Below are positions 1 to 14,346 of a stretch of 32,000 nucleotides of DNA, in pieces (position 1 is the stretch's first letter; each line of letters begins with the position of its first letter). The position numbers and the translations under genes were made by a program. The stretch is taken from positions 3,960,001-3,992,000 of the forward strand of contig NZ_CP064923.1 of NCBI RefSeq assembly GCF_018336915.1, read 5' to 3'. Source of the DNA: Acaryochloris marina S15 (lineage in GTDB: Bacteria > Cyanobacteriota > Cyanobacteriia > Thermosynechococcales > Thermosynechococcaceae). The notes beneath the pieces are model-generated. The model ran no database searches. It was not told the DNA's origin and worked only from the letters and a program-made list of their open reading frames with translations.

Positions 1-1
1 C

Positions 2-481
2 ATGCCTGTGATGGATGGGTATGACTTTTTGGCTGCAGTTCGTCAGTCTGAAGCTATTCAAGGGACTCAGGTGATTGTTTCGTCAGCAACATTTACTCAA
101 AATGTTCAGAAGAGAGCATTTAATGCGGGCTGTAATGCTTTTTTGCCAAAACCCATCGATGCTCAGGAACTCTATAACACCCTTGCAGAACAACTACAGC
201 TGGAGTGGATTTATGAAACACCGGCAGAGGGGCATCCCTCGACACCTGCAGACAATACTGCCCAAATAAAGATTCCCACAGCAGCGGAACTGGAAGTTTT
301 GCTTGAATTCGCTGCTAGCGGCATCATCAAAGATTTCCGCGAGCAGCTCGCTCAATTAGTGGCATCCAACCTAGAGTATGCAGCCTTTGCCCAACCTCTA
401 ATGGTTCTATCCAAACAGTTCAAGATTGAAGAGATAGAGGTTCTGCTTGAAGATTATCTAAACCCATCGGACCCAGGATGA
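2..481 (+). CDS. 3' end of a hybrid sensor kinase / response-regulator gene (C-terminal half of the receiver domain plus a ~65-aa helical tail). The 5' part lies outside the window.
   Basis: The frame is open from the window edge. MPVMDGYDF...FLPKPI are receiver-domain motifs. The sequence aligns position by position with the receiver and tail of the downstream 2342-aa ORF (both contain AEQLQLEW[IV]YET), so it is a tandem paralogue. Confidence 0.75.
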   Translation: MPVMDGYDFLAAVRQSEAIQGTQVIVSSATFTQNVQKRAFNAGCNAFLPKPIDAQELYNTLAEQLQLEWIYETPAEGHPSTPADNTAQIKIPTAAELEVLLEFAASGIIKDFREQLAQLVASNLEYAAFAQPLMVLSKQFKIEEIEVLLEDYLNPSDPG

Positions 482-749
482 TGTGCTGACATGATCCCAT
501 TGCACCTTAAATCTATTGCAGCTTATGAGTTTTTGAGATTTGCAGATGAGCCTCTTAGCGGCCCCTTTCCTGAGATTTTGCATCCAAGGTAGTGGCGATG
601 ACCGCACATCTTTTTCCCCGATTCACGTTCCTTCATTCAAACTATGAGGCAATGGATTTTGGGGAGAGTGCCGGAAAGCAGTTCATTACTAGATTATGCA
701 ACTTCTGCTTTTCTGGGCATTCTCAATAGTAAGGGCTATTACAGGGAAT

Positions 750-3700
750 ATGGAGCATTCATCTGTTCGCTTACCTCATCATATGATTCTCCAGGGATAC
801 GCCCCCCTGGAGATCCTATATGAAGGACAAAACACGCTGGTCTACAAAGCCCTGCGGCTTGAGGATCGCACCCCTGTCATTATTAAAACGTCTTCGCCTC
901 ATGTAGCCCGACAATATTCCGATTATCTGACTTTTCGTAATCAATTCACAATTGGCTACGATCTTGACCATCCTGGAATTATCCAGCTTTTTAGTCTAGA
1001 ACCTTGCAGCCATACCTATGCTTTGGTGATGGAAGATATGCAGGGGATTCCTCTGTCTGAGTTCTTGCAGTCTTCTGTCTCTCTCACAGATGGCTTAAAT
1101 ATTGCTCTACAACTGGCAGAAGTGCTGCATTACCTTGGTCAACAGCGTGTCCTTCACAAGGATATCAAGCCTGCCAATATTCTGATTCATCCCCAAACGC
1201 TGCAGGTTAAACTCATTGACTTTGGGATTGCTTCCCTCTTACCCAAAGAGACCCAAGAGATCAAAAACCCCAATACCCTAGAAGGCACCTTAGCCTATAT
1301 GGCCCCAGAACAAACGGGGCGAATGAACCGAGGGATTGATTTTAGAAGTGACTTCTATGGCTTGGGCATCACGCTATTCGAGTTGTTTGCAGGGCAATTG
1401 CCGTTCCAAGTGGATAAGCCGATGGCATGGCTACATTGTCATATTGCCCAAGTGCCGCCTTCTCTAACGGAGTTTGGGGTACCAGAAGCTGTGGCGAAGG
1501 TCGTGGCTAAGCTACTGGCTAAAAATGCGGAAGATCGCTACCAGAGTGCGTTGGGGTTGAAACATGACTTAAAGCATTGCCTGACTCAATTAACGGAGCA
1601 GGGAGGGATTGAACCGTTTGAGTTGGGTAAAAAGGATGTGTGCGATCGCATCTTGATACCCGAAAAACTCTATGGTCGTGAGGCAGAAGTCAAAGCCTTA
1701 CTAGAGGCCTTTGACCGAGTCGCTCAGGGCAGTTCAGAACTGATGTTGGTATCAGGTTTCTCTGGGATTGGTAAAACGGCAGTCGTCAATGAAGTTCACA
1801 AACCTATCACCCAGAGACAGGGCTATTTCATCAAAGGCAAGTTTGACCAATTCAATCGAAATATTCCCTTTTCTGCCTTTGTCCAAGCCTTTCGTCGTTT
1901 GATAGGTCAACTGCTCGGGGCATCGGATGCTGACTTAAGACATTGGCGAGCCAAAATCTTAGCGGCTGTAGGCGAAAGTGGGCAAGTTCTGATTGAAGTC
2001 ATTCCTGAGCTAGACCGTATCATTGGTGAGCAGCCAGCTGTCCCTAACCTCTCAGGGACAGCTGCTCAAAATCGGTTTAATCTGCTGTTGGGCCAATTCA
2101 TCCAGATATTCTCCACAATAGATCATCCCCTAGTCATATTCTTGGATGACTTACAGTGGGCAGATTCGGCTTCCTTGAACCTGCTGCATCTGTTGATGAG
2201 TCGCTCAGACACAGACCATCTGCTAGTTCTGGGCGCTTACCGAAACAATGAGGTTTTTCCCGCCCATCCCCTGATGCTGACATTGGCTGATTTGCAGCAG
2301 CAAGATGCTTCGCTCCACACCGTCACCCTAGCCCCCCTAAGCCCAACCGACACCAACCAATTGGTCGCTGATACGCTGCTGTGTGCCTCTGATATTGCTT
2401 TGCCCTTGTCTGAGTTGGTGTATCTAAAGACCCAAGGAAATCCTTTTTTTACGACCCAATTTTTGCAAGGACTGCATAGGGATAACCACATCACTTTTGA
2501 TGCTGAAGCTGGATATTGGCACTGTGATTTGACTCAAGTGCAGCAGGCCGCTCTCACGGATGATGTGATCGTATTTATGGTAGGTCGATTGCAGACTCTA
2601 TCAGAGGCCACTCAGGCGGTATTGAAAATAGCAGCTTGTATTGGCAATCAGTTTGAGCTAGGCACCTTGGCCATCGTTTGTGAGCAGAGTCAAGCACAGA
2701 TCGCGACAGATTTATGGCCTGCTCTTCAGACCGGATTAGTGATTCCAGAGACAGAAAACTATAAGTTTTTCCAGGGAAATACCTGCTCTGAAATGGCTCG
2801 AAATGAGATGAAGATTGGGTATCGTTTTTTGCATGATCGGGTTCAACAAGCGGCCTACTCTCTCATCCCTGAAGAAAACAAGAAAGCATTTCATCTCAGG
2901 ATTGGTCAACTGTTGCTGCAGACAAGCACTAGCCTGGATCACAATATCAGTATTTTCAATATTGTAAATAGCCTCAATCAAGGCATTCACTTAATTGATG
3001 ATCCATCCCAGCGCCAACAGCTCGCCCAGCTCAACCTGGAAGCGGGCCAAAAAGCAAAAGCCTCGATGGCTTATACGGAAGCCGCCTCGTATTTAGAGAG
3101 TGGGATTCAGCTACTGAGTCATCAAGGGTGGCAGACCCAGTACAGCCTTACCCTTTCTCTGCATTCAGAGTTAGTGGATGTTCAATATTTAGGGGGTAAT
3201 TTTGAAGCTGTTGAGACGATTAACTCTAATGCCTTAGGACATATTTCGGCTATTGCAGATGCACTGCCTATTTACATTGCCCAAATTGCGAGTGACCAAG
3301 CTCAAGGAAAGATGTCGGCAGGTCTAGAGTTGTCTCTCACTATCTTGCAATCCCTTGGTATTGATATTTCGGTAGACATTAGCAAGGATACTATCCAGGA
3401 AATTCTGAATCAAACGCTAGCTGAATTTCAATCTAGAACGATTGATGAATTCGTTGCTTTACCCCAAATAAATGATCCTCAGCTTTTGAGAACTCAGGAT
3501 TTGCTCACCCTAATGGTGGGATATGCATACAAGTCTAAACCTGAGCTTTTACCAGTCATTATCTGCAAACAAATTTCGCTCTTATTACAGCATGGTAATA
3601 GCCCTGCTTCAGCTTCAATCTATGCTTTGTTTGGCATGTTATTGTGCGGTTTTCAAGAATTTAAATCAGGTTGTTTTGCAGGTGACGTCTCTCTGGCGGT

Positions 3701-6700
3701 AATGGAGGCTTTTCCTGCCAAACAATTTGAGATGAGGGCCAGGAATCTGATTTATGCCTATGTTACTCCTTGGCAGGAACCCCTCAAAAACTGCATCCCT
3801 CAGTTAAAACAAGGGTTTAAGATTGGTATTGAAGCTGGAGACCTTGAATATACAGCTTATGGCATCCACCACTATATTCAGTTTCTGTTCTTTTCTGGTG
3901 CTGATTTAGCCACCGTCGACCAAGAGAGTCATGCCAGTAGCAAAGTCCTAGAAAATTGTCGACAAGAAGGAATACTATTGGGTAGCCAATTATTCCACCA
4001 AACAGTCTTAAATCTGATCAACTCTAGGGATAAACCCTGGGAAATTGAGGGTGATATTTTTCAAGAATCTAAACATTTACAAGATTGGCAAGATAATAAT
4101 TTAGATGTTTTTATTGCATCACTGTATATCAATAAATTAGTAATCAGCCACCTATTTTACAACCCTGATTTGGGCGTGAAATATGCAGAGATAGCAAATA
4201 ATTCTTATGACGGATTAACAGGAGAAATTCAACTTTCATACTTGCACTTTTTTCGGGCACTCTGTTATTTAGCAATTCTCGATCAAGATACGACTGAAGA
4301 ACGCATCACTCGCTTGTCTCAGGTTGACAACGACATAGAAAATCTGGAGCGGTTTTCACGCCAGGCTCCGATGAATTTTCAGCATCAGGTCGATTTAATT
4401 AAAGCTGAAAAACATCGAGTGTTAGATCACAAGCTGGAGGCGATTGACGCTTATGATCTCGCGATTGCTGGTGCGAAGGAGAATGGTTTCATCCAGGAAG
4501 AAGCCCTGGGCAACGAGCTAGCGGCCAAGTTCTACCTCGACTGGGGCAAAGATAAATCTGCTGCGGCCTATATGCAAGAAGCTTATCGCTGTTATACCCG
4601 CTGGGGAGCCAAAGCTAAAACTGATGATCTCGAACAGCGCTATCCTGACTTACTTCAACCCATTCTCCAGCAGATATCACAGCCCCTAAATCCTCTGGGC
4701 ACCTTAGCGAGTCTTGTGAATACGAACCTATCGATTCATTCCTCGGCTTCAGTAACTGCGACCCGACCCAACCTCAATACTAATCTCGATTTTGCGACTC
4801 TTCTAGAAGGCGCTCAAGCCCTTTCAGACAGTCTCCATCTCGATGAATTACTAGAGAAGCTAACCCAGATGATGTTGAAAAATTCTGGGGCAGATAGCTT
4901 AGTATTGCTATTGCCAGAAACAGATAGTTCCTGGCATCTCAGAGCTACTGCTACCTCTGAGATGACACAACTGGTTTCTGAACCTCTCATTGGCAATCCC
5001 AACTTACCCGTTCAACTGATTCAATATGTCCAACATACCCAAGAGATTCTGGCTGTTGATGACCTAGATACCGACTTAGCTATCCTTGATGCTTACCTTC
5101 AGCAACATCACCCTTGCAGTGTTCTGTGCATGCCCATCCGGTATCAAGGCAATCTCAATGGCCTACTGTATTTGCAGAATCAATCGACTGCGGGGGTATT
5201 TACGTGCGATCGCATCACTGTACTCAACTTCCTCTGTTCCCAAGCTGCCATCTCCCTAGAGAATGCCAGACTTTATGAAGCGGCCACCCTCAGATCCTCC
5301 ATCATCGAAGCTGCCATTGATGGCATGGCGATATTAGAAGACGATAAATACATCTATCTAAATGAAGTCCATGTCTCTCTGTTTGGCTACGAAGTAGATG
5401 AGTTGATGGGGCAAAGCTGGGAAACACTCTATTCTTCAGCAGAGATACAACGTCTACAGACCATCGCCTTCTCAATCTTGGCAGAGACAGGGCAATGGTC
5501 AGGAGAAGCCACCGCAACTCGCAAAGATGGCAGTTCATTTGCCGAAGAAATCAGTTTATTTTTGCTAGATGATGGCAAGCTGATTTGTATCTGTCGAGAT
5601 ATGAGCGATCGCAAAACGGCAGCAGAGAACCTGCAGTTCAGCGAACAACGATTTCGCCGTGCCTTTGAAGATGCCCCCTTCCCCATCATGATCCATGCGG
5701 AAGATGGTGAAGTCCTCCAAGTCAATGCCACCTGGACAGCATTAACAGGCTACACTCAAGCAGATATTCGGACAACAGCCGACTGGACACTCAAAGCATT
5801 TGGGGAAGAAATCCACCCTAAAAACTGGGAGCAAGGCGAGTTCTTTATTCACACCCGAGATAGACAAAATTGCCTTTGGCAATTCAGTTCTGCGGCTTTA
5901 GAAGTCTTATCTGATGGCCGTCAAATCGTCATTTCCATGGCCGTAGATGTCACCCAACGGCGGCAGGCAGAAGATGATTTAAAGCAGGCCAATCAACAGC
6001 TAGAAGAGTACTCCCAAACCCTGGAACAAAAAGTTAAAGAACGCACTCAAGCCCTGCAGATGGCTAAAGAACGAGCAGATAATGCCAGCCAAGCCAAAAG
6101 TAAATTTCTTGCCAGTATGAGCCATGAACTCCGCACTCCCCTCAACGGTATCCTGGGCTATGCTCAAATCCTAAATCGCTCCACCACCTTGACGAAAAAG
6201 GAACGTCATGGTGTCCAGGTCGTTCATCAATGTGGTTCCCATCTCCTCACCCTGATCAATGACATTCTCGATCTTTCTAAAATTGAGGTTGGCAAACTTA
6301 AACTGAGCCCTACCAACACTCACTTACCTACCTTGCTGGCCAGTGTAGTCGAAATGTGTAAAGTCAAGGCTCAGCAAAAGGGCCTAGGGTTTAGCTACAT
6401 ACCGAGTCCTCAGCTCCCCGAAGTGGTGCTTGTTGATGAAAAATGTCTGCGGCAAGTGTTGATCAATTTATTGGGCAACGCGGTTAAATTTACCCACCAA
6501 GGCAGTGTTACCCTACGCGTCGATGTCCTCAACATCACTGAGACTCAGGCGTCACTCCTATTCCAAGTTATTGATACGGGGGTGGGCATTGACTCTGCCG
6601 ATCTAGCCAAACTATTTGAAGCTTTTGAACAGGTCGGAATTCTACAAAAGCAAGGGGAAGGAACAGGGCTAGGATTAGCGATTAGTCAACAGATTATGCA

Positions 6701-7724
6701 ACTGATGGGGGGAGAAATTCAGGTTGCTAGTCAACCGGGCAAAGGGAGTGAGTTTTCCTTTAGTTTGCTGCTCTCTCTCACTGGAGATAGGGGACGGCTT
6801 CAACCCCATCTCAGCCACCAGAACATTATGGGTTACCAAGGAAAACGGCAGCAGATCTTGGTCATTGACGATCTCCAGGAGAATCGGGAAGTCATCGTCA
6901 ATCTACTACAACCGCTGGGTTTCAATCTTTGTGAGGCCGAGCAGGGTCAGGACGGGTTAGACCATATACGCAAGCAGCAGACTGATCTGGTGATTACTGA
7001 CTTATATATGCCCATGATGGATGGTTTTGAATTTTTGAAACAGGTTCGTCATGATCCAGATCTGACACCAATAAAAGTCATTGCTTCATCTGCATCGGTT
7101 GACCCATCCAATCAGCAAATGGCTCTGGCTGTAGGGAGTAATGCTTTTTTAGTTAAACCTATTCAAGAGCAAGATTTACTAGAGGCGATTGCCGAGCAGC
7201 TGCAACTGGAGTGGGTGTACGAAACAACATTAGAAACTCAGCAAATCGAACCGCTGCCAACGGCATTACTGCTCCCCTCCTCCTCAATATTGGCATCTTT
7301 ACAAATGCTGGCCCAGCAAGGTTTGATCCAAGATCTACAACAGCAACTCAACCCGTTGCTTCACGTTAATGCTGCCTACGAACCGTTTGTTGAGCAGCTC
7401 TCATCCCTGGCTAAAGGGTCTAAGGTTGAGGAAATAGCAGCGCTATTGCAGCAATACCAAGAACAACAGTCTTCACCTCTATCAGATCTACCGAACAACG
7501 CACAGGCCCTAAAGACCTATCCATCTCCGGAAAATTTAGAGCGGCTGTTAGACATGGCAAGCAGAGGCAGTGTGTTTGAGATTATGGATGAATTATTAGT
7601 GATTCAGTCCACAGATCCCCAATGCCACTATTTTTGCCAAGAGCTCTTACGGTGGTCAGAGCAATTCGAAGTGGGTAAAATTCAAGTCTTTTTACAAGCA
7701 GCAGTGGATAAAGCCAAGGCTTAG
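750..7724 (+). CDS. Giant multi-domain dual kinase: Ser/Thr protein kinase, AAA_16-type P-loop NTPase, helical/TPR-like region, GAF, 2x PAS, HisKA, HATPase_c, receiver, duplicated helical tail.
   Basis: One 7-kb ORF. Motifs read directly:
- Ser/Thr kinase: [22 protein letters not shown]
- P-loop: GFSGIGKT (nt 1755-1778)
- H-box: SHELRTPLN (His codon 6123-6125)
- HATPase boxes: [20 protein letters not shown]
- Receiver: [14 protein letters not shown]...VKP
The track start at 696 adds a hydrophobic junk peptide. The ATG at 750 (MEHSS...) is preferred. Confidence 0.9.
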   Translation: MEHSSVRLPHHMILQGYAPLEILYEGQNTLVYKALRLEDRTPVIIKTSSPHVARQYSDYLTFRNQFTIGYDLDHPGIIQLFSLEPCSHTYALVMEDMQGIPLSEFLQSSVSLTDGLNIALQLAEVLHYLGQQRVLHKDIKPANILIHPQTLQVKLIDFGIASLLPKETQEIKNPNTLEGTLAYMAPEQTGRMNRGIDFRSDFYGLGITLFELFAGQLPFQVDKPMAWLHCHIAQVPPSLTEFGVPEAVAKVVAKLLAKNAEDRYQSALGLKHDLKHCLTQLTEQGGIEPFELGKKDVCDRILIPEKLYGREAEVKALLEAFDRVAQGSSELMLVSGFSGIGKTAVVNEVHKPITQRQGYFIKGKFDQFNRNIPFSAFVQAFRRLIGQLLGASDADLRHWRAKILAAVGESGQVLIEVIPELDRIIGEQPAVPNLSGTAAQNRFNLLLGQFIQIFSTIDHPLVIFLDDLQWADSASLNLLHLLMSRSDTDHLLVLGAYRNNEVFPAHPLMLTLADLQQQDASLHTVTLAPLSPTDTNQLVADTLLCASDIALPLSELVYLKTQGNPFFTTQFLQGLHRDNHITFDAEAGYWHCDLTQVQQAALTDDVIVFMVGRLQTLSEATQAVLKIAACIGNQFELGTLAIVCEQSQAQIATDLWPALQTGLVIPETENYKFFQGNTCSEMARNEMKIGYRFLHDRVQQAAYSLIPEENKKAFHLRIGQLLLQTSTSLDHNISIFNIVNSLNQGIHLIDDPSQRQQLAQLNLEAGQKAKASMAYTEAASYLESGIQLLSHQGWQTQYSLTLSLHSELVDVQYLGGNFEAVETINSNALGHISAIADALPIYIAQIASDQAQGKMSAGLELSLTILQSLGIDISVDISKDTIQEILNQTLAEFQSRTIDEFVALPQINDPQLLRTQDLLTLMVGYAYKSKPELLPVIICKQISLLLQHGNSPASASIYALFGMLLCGFQEFKSGCFAGDVSLAVMEAFPAKQFEMRARNLIYAYVTPWQEPLKNCIPQLKQGFKIGIEAGDLEYTAYGIHHYIQFLFFSGADLATVDQESHASSKVLENCRQEGILLGSQLFHQTVLNLINSRDKPWEIEGDIFQESKHLQDWQDNNLDVFIASLYINKLVISHLFYNPDLGVKYAEIANNSYDGLTGEIQLSYLHFFRALCYLAILDQDTTEERITRLSQVDNDIENLERFSRQAPMNFQHQVDLIKAEKHRVLDHKLEAIDAYDLAIAGAKENGFIQEEALGNELAAKFYLDWGKDKSAAAYMQEAYRCYTRWGAKAKTDDLEQRYPDLLQPILQQISQPLNPLGTLASLVNTNLSIHSSASVTATRPNLNTNLDFATLLEGAQALSDSLHLDELLEKLTQMMLKNSGADSLVLLLPETDSSWHLRATATSEMTQLVSEPLIGNPNLPVQLIQYVQHTQEILAVDDLDTDLAILDAYLQQHHPCSVLCMPIRYQGNLNGLLYLQNQSTAGVFTCDRITVLNFLCSQAAISLENARLYEAATLRSSIIEAAIDGMAILEDDKYIYLNEVHVSLFGYEVDELMGQSWETLYSSAEIQRLQTIAFSILAETGQWSGEATATRKDGSSFAEEISLFLLDDGKLICICRDMSDRKTAAENLQFSEQRFRRAFEDAPFPIMIHAEDGEVLQVNATWTALTGYTQADIRTTADWTLKAFGEEIHPKNWEQGEFFIHTRDRQNCLWQFSSAALEVLSDGRQIVISMAVDVTQRRQAEDDLKQANQQLEEYSQTLEQKVKERTQALQMAKERADNASQAKSKFLASMSHELRTPLNGILGYAQILNRSTTLTKKERHGVQVVHQCGSHLLTLINDILDLSKIEVGKLKLSPTNTHLPTLLASVVEMCKVKAQQKGLGFSYIPSPQLPEVVLVDEKCLRQVLINLLGNAVKFTHQGSVTLRVDVLNITETQASLLFQVIDTGVGIDSADLAKLFEAFEQVGILQKQGEGTGLGLAISQQIMQLMGGEIQVASQPGKGSEFSFSLLLSLTGDRGRLQPHLSHQNIMGYQGKRQQILVIDDLQENREVIVNLLQPLGFNLCEAEQGQDGLDHIRKQQTDLVITDLYMPMMDGFEFLKQVRHDPDLTPIKVIASSASVDPSNQQMALAVGSNAFLVKPIQEQDLLEAIAEQLQLEWVYETTLETQQIEPLPTALLLPSSSILASLQMLAQQGLIQDLQQQLNPLLHVNAAYEPFVEQLSSLAKGSKVEEIAALLQQYQEQQSSPLSDLPNNAQALKTYPSPENLERLLDMASRGSVFEIMDELLVIQSTDPQCHYFCQELLRWSEQFEVGKIQVFLQAAVDKAKA

Positions 7725-7732
7725 GGGTTGAA

Positions 7733-7752
7733 ACTGGCTTCCAGCGGCCAGT
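7733..7752. terminator. Weak hairpin between the convergent kinase and ligA genes.
   Basis: ACTGGC-ttccagcg-GCCAGT (6-bp stem, 8-nt loop) sits in the 33-bp gap between two stop codons. There is no U-tract. Confidence 0.3.
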
Positions 7753-7757
7753 AGAGT

Positions 7758-9890
<2,133 letters not shown>

Positions 9891-10772
9891 TCACTGCAGA
9901 AATGGATTGATCGAAATTGGTGTTTTTTGCAGCTTAGCCCCTGTAGGGGGGACAAAGCGAAAGGCATCGGCTGGGACCGAAGGGGGATTGGTGTAATGAA
10001 TCACTTTCTCTTGAATGTTGAAGTTTAAGGTTTGGTGGTCTTGACTGGCCATTTGCAAATACTTAATTTCAGACGTCAAGGCATCAATATAGGCTTGCAG
10101 CTGATATCCCTTGGCTTGATCCAAATAGGAGTAGGTGGTGTATTTAGCCCCATTTAGATGTTGGGTATCAGACTTGAGTCCAGCCTGATCCGGTGCCAAT
10201 TTAGTTTGCAAAATCTCCGCCAATTTATCTTCAGACACATTCACCAATAGAGCAATATTGTCTTTTCCGGCACTATTGCGGATGGTGGAAAAAAGTCTGG
10301 ATAACATGCCAGACAGAAAGTTGTCATTTGCATTTTGGAATTGTTGGTAACTGATCAGAGAGTAGACGTTGTTAACCAGATCATGAGTCCAGACCTGTTG
10401 GCCATCCGAAACCAGCAGATATTGTCTTCCTCCTTCGCCTGCCGGATCCATAAAAGTAATCTTGGTTCTGAATCGATTGGGTTCTTCTGAAATCGTTTGA
10501 ATTTGGGCAACGGAGACCAGATCCGCCCCTGGTGTTTTGGCCTTAAGGGTCAATTCTGATTTGAGCAAGTAGCGATCGTTGGCCAAGAACTGTCGCATTG
10601 CCCGAATGAGCAGGCCATAGTCAACCTTTTTCTCCGCTGAATGCACGAAGGGTTGGGCAACGGGCTGCAGACGTGGAGACTGAGACCAGGCCGGTTGAAC
10701 GAGCAATCCCACCATAAAAGCCGACAACAAACAGACATGGCGCTGATAGCCACAAAATTTCGTCATATTCAT
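9891..10772 (-). CDS. Exported hypothetical protein, possibly with a LolA-like/lipoprotein-sorting-like fold.
   Basis: N-terminal signal peptide (LLSAFMVGLLVQPAWSQ). The C-terminal ...PADAFRFVPPTGAKL... resembles the end of LolA-like domains. The track start at 10775 is a TTG, with an ATG at 10772. The product call is tentative. Confidence 0.5.
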   Translation of the reverse strand: MNMTKFCGYQRHVCLLSAFMVGLLVQPAWSQSPRLQPVAQPFVHSAEKKVDYGLLIRAMRQFLANDRYLLKSELTLKAKTPGADLVSVAQIQTISEEPNRFRTKITFMDPAGEGGRQYLLVSDGQQVWTHDLVNNVYSLISYQQFQNANDNFLSGMLSRLFSTIRNSAGKDNIALLVNVSEDKLAEILQTKLAPDQAGLKSDTQHLNGAKYTTYSYLDQAKGYQLQAYIDALTSEIKYLQMASQDHQTLNFNIQEKVIHYTNPPSVPADAFRFVPPTGAKLQKTPISINPFLQ

Positions 10773-10857
10773 CAACCACCTATGCCAGATATCGCCTGCC
10801 GTTCTAGCCTGGATTTTTGCCGTAGCCAGTCGGGCTTTGGCATAGGATGCCCCATTG

Positions 10858-11331
10858 CTACCCTGCTTTTTTCAGGGGTGGGCGATGATTTGTTTGAGTG
10901 CGAATCTGCTGACGAACATCGGAATAGGCATAGGCCCTGCCGTCACCCTGCTTCTGCATATGCTTAATCACAAATTCTTGATTATCGAGATAGGCCCCGA
11001 CGCCAAATTGTTCCGCCGCATTTTTGAAGGCATCAGCAATGGCCCGCTCAATCGGTGTGCCGTAGGTTTGCCTCTCTGGATAGGCTTTGTCGTTGCCCAC
11101 TCCTTCACGGGTTAAGCCTTCAAGGGTGAGCTGGCAGCGCACCACCACATATTCCCCCACAATCACCGGATCGCTATAGGTCACCGACCAGTCAGGGCAA
11201 ACCTCATTGAGGCGCTTCCGAATGCGCTGCCAAGGGATAAAGAACCATTTACCGCCCCCCGGAAGCACTCGATCTTGATGGTCGGCGGCTGGAAAGGGGG
11301 CTTTAAGTTGGTCGAGGCGTTCAGTCTTCAT
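10858..11331 (-). CDS. Rad52/Sak-like (DUF1071-type) single-strand annealing protein candidate.
   Basis: 157 aa. The pattern F.IPWQRIRKRLNEV.PDWS ... GVGND ... ERAIADAFKNAAEQFGVGAYL matches the Rad52/Sak core signature (beta-hairpin region followed by ..A..A.K.A...FG.G.YL). Recognised by eye only. Confidence 0.5.
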   Translation of the reverse strand: MKTERLDQLKAPFPAADHQDRVLPGGGKWFFIPWQRIRKRLNEVCPDWSVTYSDPVIVGEYVVVRCQLTLEGLTREGVGNDKAYPERQTYGTPIERAIADAFKNAAEQFGVGAYLDNQEFVIKHMQKQGDGRAYAYSDVRQQIRTQTNHRPPLKKAG

Positions 11332-11463
11332 GACTTTAATGGTTTAATAGTATATTTGTACCATATTATATCAGCATAAATAAAGAGACAATACACAAAT
11401 TACTGAAACCATTTATCAGCCTTTGGTCAACGATTCCTTAAGGTTTATTGCAGAATCCCCTGA

Positions 11464-12543
<1,080 letters not shown>

Positions 12544-12566
12544 TTCAGATATACGGCATCAAAACA

Positions 12567-12594
12567 AGAGCGCCGTGGGATTCCACGGCGCTCT
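12567..12594. terminator. Perfect 12-bp-stem hairpin between convergent por and hupE (likely a bidirectional terminator).
   Basis: AGAGCGCCGTGG-gatt-CCACGGCGCTCT, 24 nt after the por stop. The flanking U-tract is poor. Confidence 0.6.
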
Positions 12595-12644
12595 TCAGAT
12601 TTAAATCAAGCTAATTGCTTGGAGTGTAAGGCCTACAATTTCAC

Positions 12645-13307
12645 TCAACCCAGGACAACCGAGCTGAGAAATACAGCACCCATACCGCTCAGAACAAACC
12701 CGGCAAATCGCAGATTCAACAGACCTTGGCTCTGATTCTTTTTCTGAAGGGCTCTGCCAATGGCCCAGGCAGCCAAACTAATTGCTAGCTGGATGGAGAC
12801 AAACCCTAGCAGATAGGAAATGGTAGGCGTCATCTCAGCGCCAACGATGGCTTCACCATAGGCATAGCCATGAAACATACCGGAAACGGCCCCCAACAGC
12901 GATATCAGCCAGACATTCGTTTGTAATCCTCGGGCTAAAATCAGGCCAAATGCCAGGACTGAAGCCGAAATAAAGGCTTCAGGAGCCGGTAAGTCTAGGG
13001 CCTGTAAATGGATGCCTGTTCCTGCTAGGGACCCCAACACAAACAAAATCGGCACCATCGCTCCTTTGCGCATCAGGGCTGCGACGAGTCCGGCGGCAAT
13101 CACAAAGGCCAGATGATCAATCCCAATCACGGGGTGTCCCATCCCAGACATAAACCCTTCAAAAGCGTTGGCAGGTAGACGCCCATCCAAAGGATGATGG
13201 GCTAGGGCAGGGGATGAACAGGTTAATAAAGTGATAATCCCTAAAGTAATGCCAAGTCCTAGCCGTCGGCTGGGCATAGTGCTGCGGGATAGGGTGGAAA
13301 TGGTCAT
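12645..13307 (-). CDS. hupE: HupE/UreJ-family Ni/Co transporter (here most likely cobalt uptake for the nitrile hydratase).
   Basis: Signal peptide ending ...SPALA|HHPLDG, the HupE signature GMGHPVIGIDHLAF, and multiple TM helices. The track start at 13343 is a TTG. The ATG at 13307 has GAGGA ~10 nt upstream. Confidence 0.85.
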   Translation of the reverse strand: MTISTLSRSTMPSRRLGLGITLGIITLLTCSSPALAHHPLDGRLPANAFEGFMSGMGHPVIGIDHLAFVIAAGLVAALMRKGAMVPILFVLGSLAGTGIHLQALDLPAPEAFISASVLAFGLILARGLQTNVWLISLLGAVSGMFHGYAYGEAIVGAEMTPTISYLLGFVSIQLAISLAAWAIGRALQKKNQSQGLLNLRFAGFVLSGMGAVFLSSVVLG

Positions 13308-13343
13308 CGATTGGCTTTCCTCAGGTAGATGATGCAAATTCAA

Positions 13344-13703
13344 TTAGGAACAGGGTTCACTTTTACAATCCAGCAGTTGGGTCATTTGAGCCTCCAGCTC
13401 ACCAGCAGCAATGACCCCTGACTCAACAGCCACTTTTTCTAGGGCGGTTAACCAACAGTGATAATAGTCCCATTCTGGGTCATCTAGGGAATGGGTGGTT
13501 TCCCACTCATTGATGGTTTCGATCAGGGTCTGACGAAAGGCTTCCCATTCAAAATGGCCTTGCTTTGATAGGGCAATAGCAACCCCAAAGGCCATTTTCT
13601 CCCAATCTCGATCAAAATGCAGGTGACCGTCTTGGCGTGGAGGCGATTCTTCCGGAGACCCCATCAAACTCGTCGCTGCGAAGTGCTCAAATTGAGTAAA
13701 CAT
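13344..13703 (-). CDS. Nitrile hydratase accessory protein (small beta-subunit homologue, NhlE/NhhG/P14K type).
   Basis: DWEKMAFGVAIALSKQG parallels the beta-subunit N-terminus [16 protein letters not shown] encoded 1 kb upstream. It lies immediately after nthA. The ATG at 13703 has GGGAGG 9 nt upstream. Alternative starts are 13712 and 13742. Confidence 0.75.
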   Translation of the reverse strand: MFTQFEHFAATSLMGSPEESPPRQDGHLHFDRDWEKMAFGVAIALSKQGHFEWEAFRQTLIETINEWETTHSLDDPEWDYYHCWLTALEKVAVESGVIAAGELEAQMTQLLDCKSEPCS

Positions 13704-13719
13704 GACCGTCATCCTCCCA

Positions 13720-14343
13720 CTAGACTTGCACGGTGGCAACACCCATCATTGCTTCTGGGGTCAGTAAATCAGCTAGTTGAGCTTCACTGAGGCCCTCAGT
13801 TCCCGCTGGACGCATGGGCAGCACCCACCAGCGAATTTGGGCACTGCTGTCCCAGACTCGCACTTCTACAGAATCGTCCAAGGTGACGCCGAACTCTTTG
13901 AGGACGACACGAGGTTCCCTCACCACCCGTGCCCGAAAGGTCGGATCTTTAAACCAGTAGGGAGGCAAACCGAGGGTGGGCCAGGGATAACAAGAACATA
14001 AGGTACAAACAATGACGTTATGTACTTCAGGGGTGTTCTCGACAATTCGCATATGCTCCCCTTCCGCTCCAGACATCCCTGCGGGAAAGTCCAGTTCTTG
14101 ACAGGCGGCATTACAGTCTGCCAAGAGCCGCTGCTTGAATTCCAGATCGACCCAGGCTTTGGCGACCAATTTGGCTCCGTTAAACGGTCCCATTTCCGTG
14201 TCAAAATAGCCCAGAATTTGATCGACTGTCTTGCCCGTAATAATCCCTTTTTCGATCAACAACGACTCCAGGGCTTTGACCTTAGCAGCACTGTAGGTTT
14301 CACGATCAGCGCCATATTTAAATCCAGGATAGTTACTCGGCAT
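13720..14343 (-). CDS. nthA: Nitrile hydratase alpha subunit, cobalt type.
   Basis: The metal-binding claw V-C-T-L-C-S-C is encoded at nt 13990-14007 (TGT ACC TTA TGT TCT TGT on the minus strand). Thr in the third position marks Co-type enzymes; Fe-type enzymes have Ser. Confidence 0.93.
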   Translation of the reverse strand: MPSNYPGFKYGADRETYSAAKVKALESLLIEKGIITGKTVDQILGYFDTEMGPFNGAKLVAKAWVDLEFKQRLLADCNAACQELDFPAGMSGAEGEHMRIVENTPEVHNVIVCTLCSCYPWPTLGLPPYWFKDPTFRARVVREPRVVLKEFGVTLDDSVEVRVWDSSAQIRWWVLPMRPAGTEGLSEAQLADLLTPEAMMGVATVQV

Positions 14344-14346
14344 AAT

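Noticed and set aside
696-749. Longer N-terminal extensions offered by the ORF track: kinase 696, ligA 9890, por 11479, nthB 15132, hupE 13343, sigma 29206, accessory 13742, pentapeptide 18692.
   Set aside because: Most use TTG or GTG codons (ligA, por, hupE, sigma, pentapeptide). The rest use an upstream ATG that adds a non-homologous hydrophobic or junk peptide or overlaps the upstream gene. Internal ATGs with better ribosome-binding sites give family-typical N-termini. The exceptions kept are the FGE-like gene and the NACHT gene, where the GTG start is supported by a Tat motif and an SD sequence respectively.
11350-11361. NtcA-like GTA...TAC motif in the por / Rad52-like divergent spacer.
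   Set aside because: The spacing is GTA-N6-TAC, not the required GTA-N8-TAC.
12544-13343. Cobalamin riboswitch, as often found upstream of cyanobacterial hupE.
   Set aside because: Here hupE is the last gene of the operon, with essentially no leader (0-36 nt after the accessory gene). The 100 bp on its 3' side contain only the terminator hairpin.
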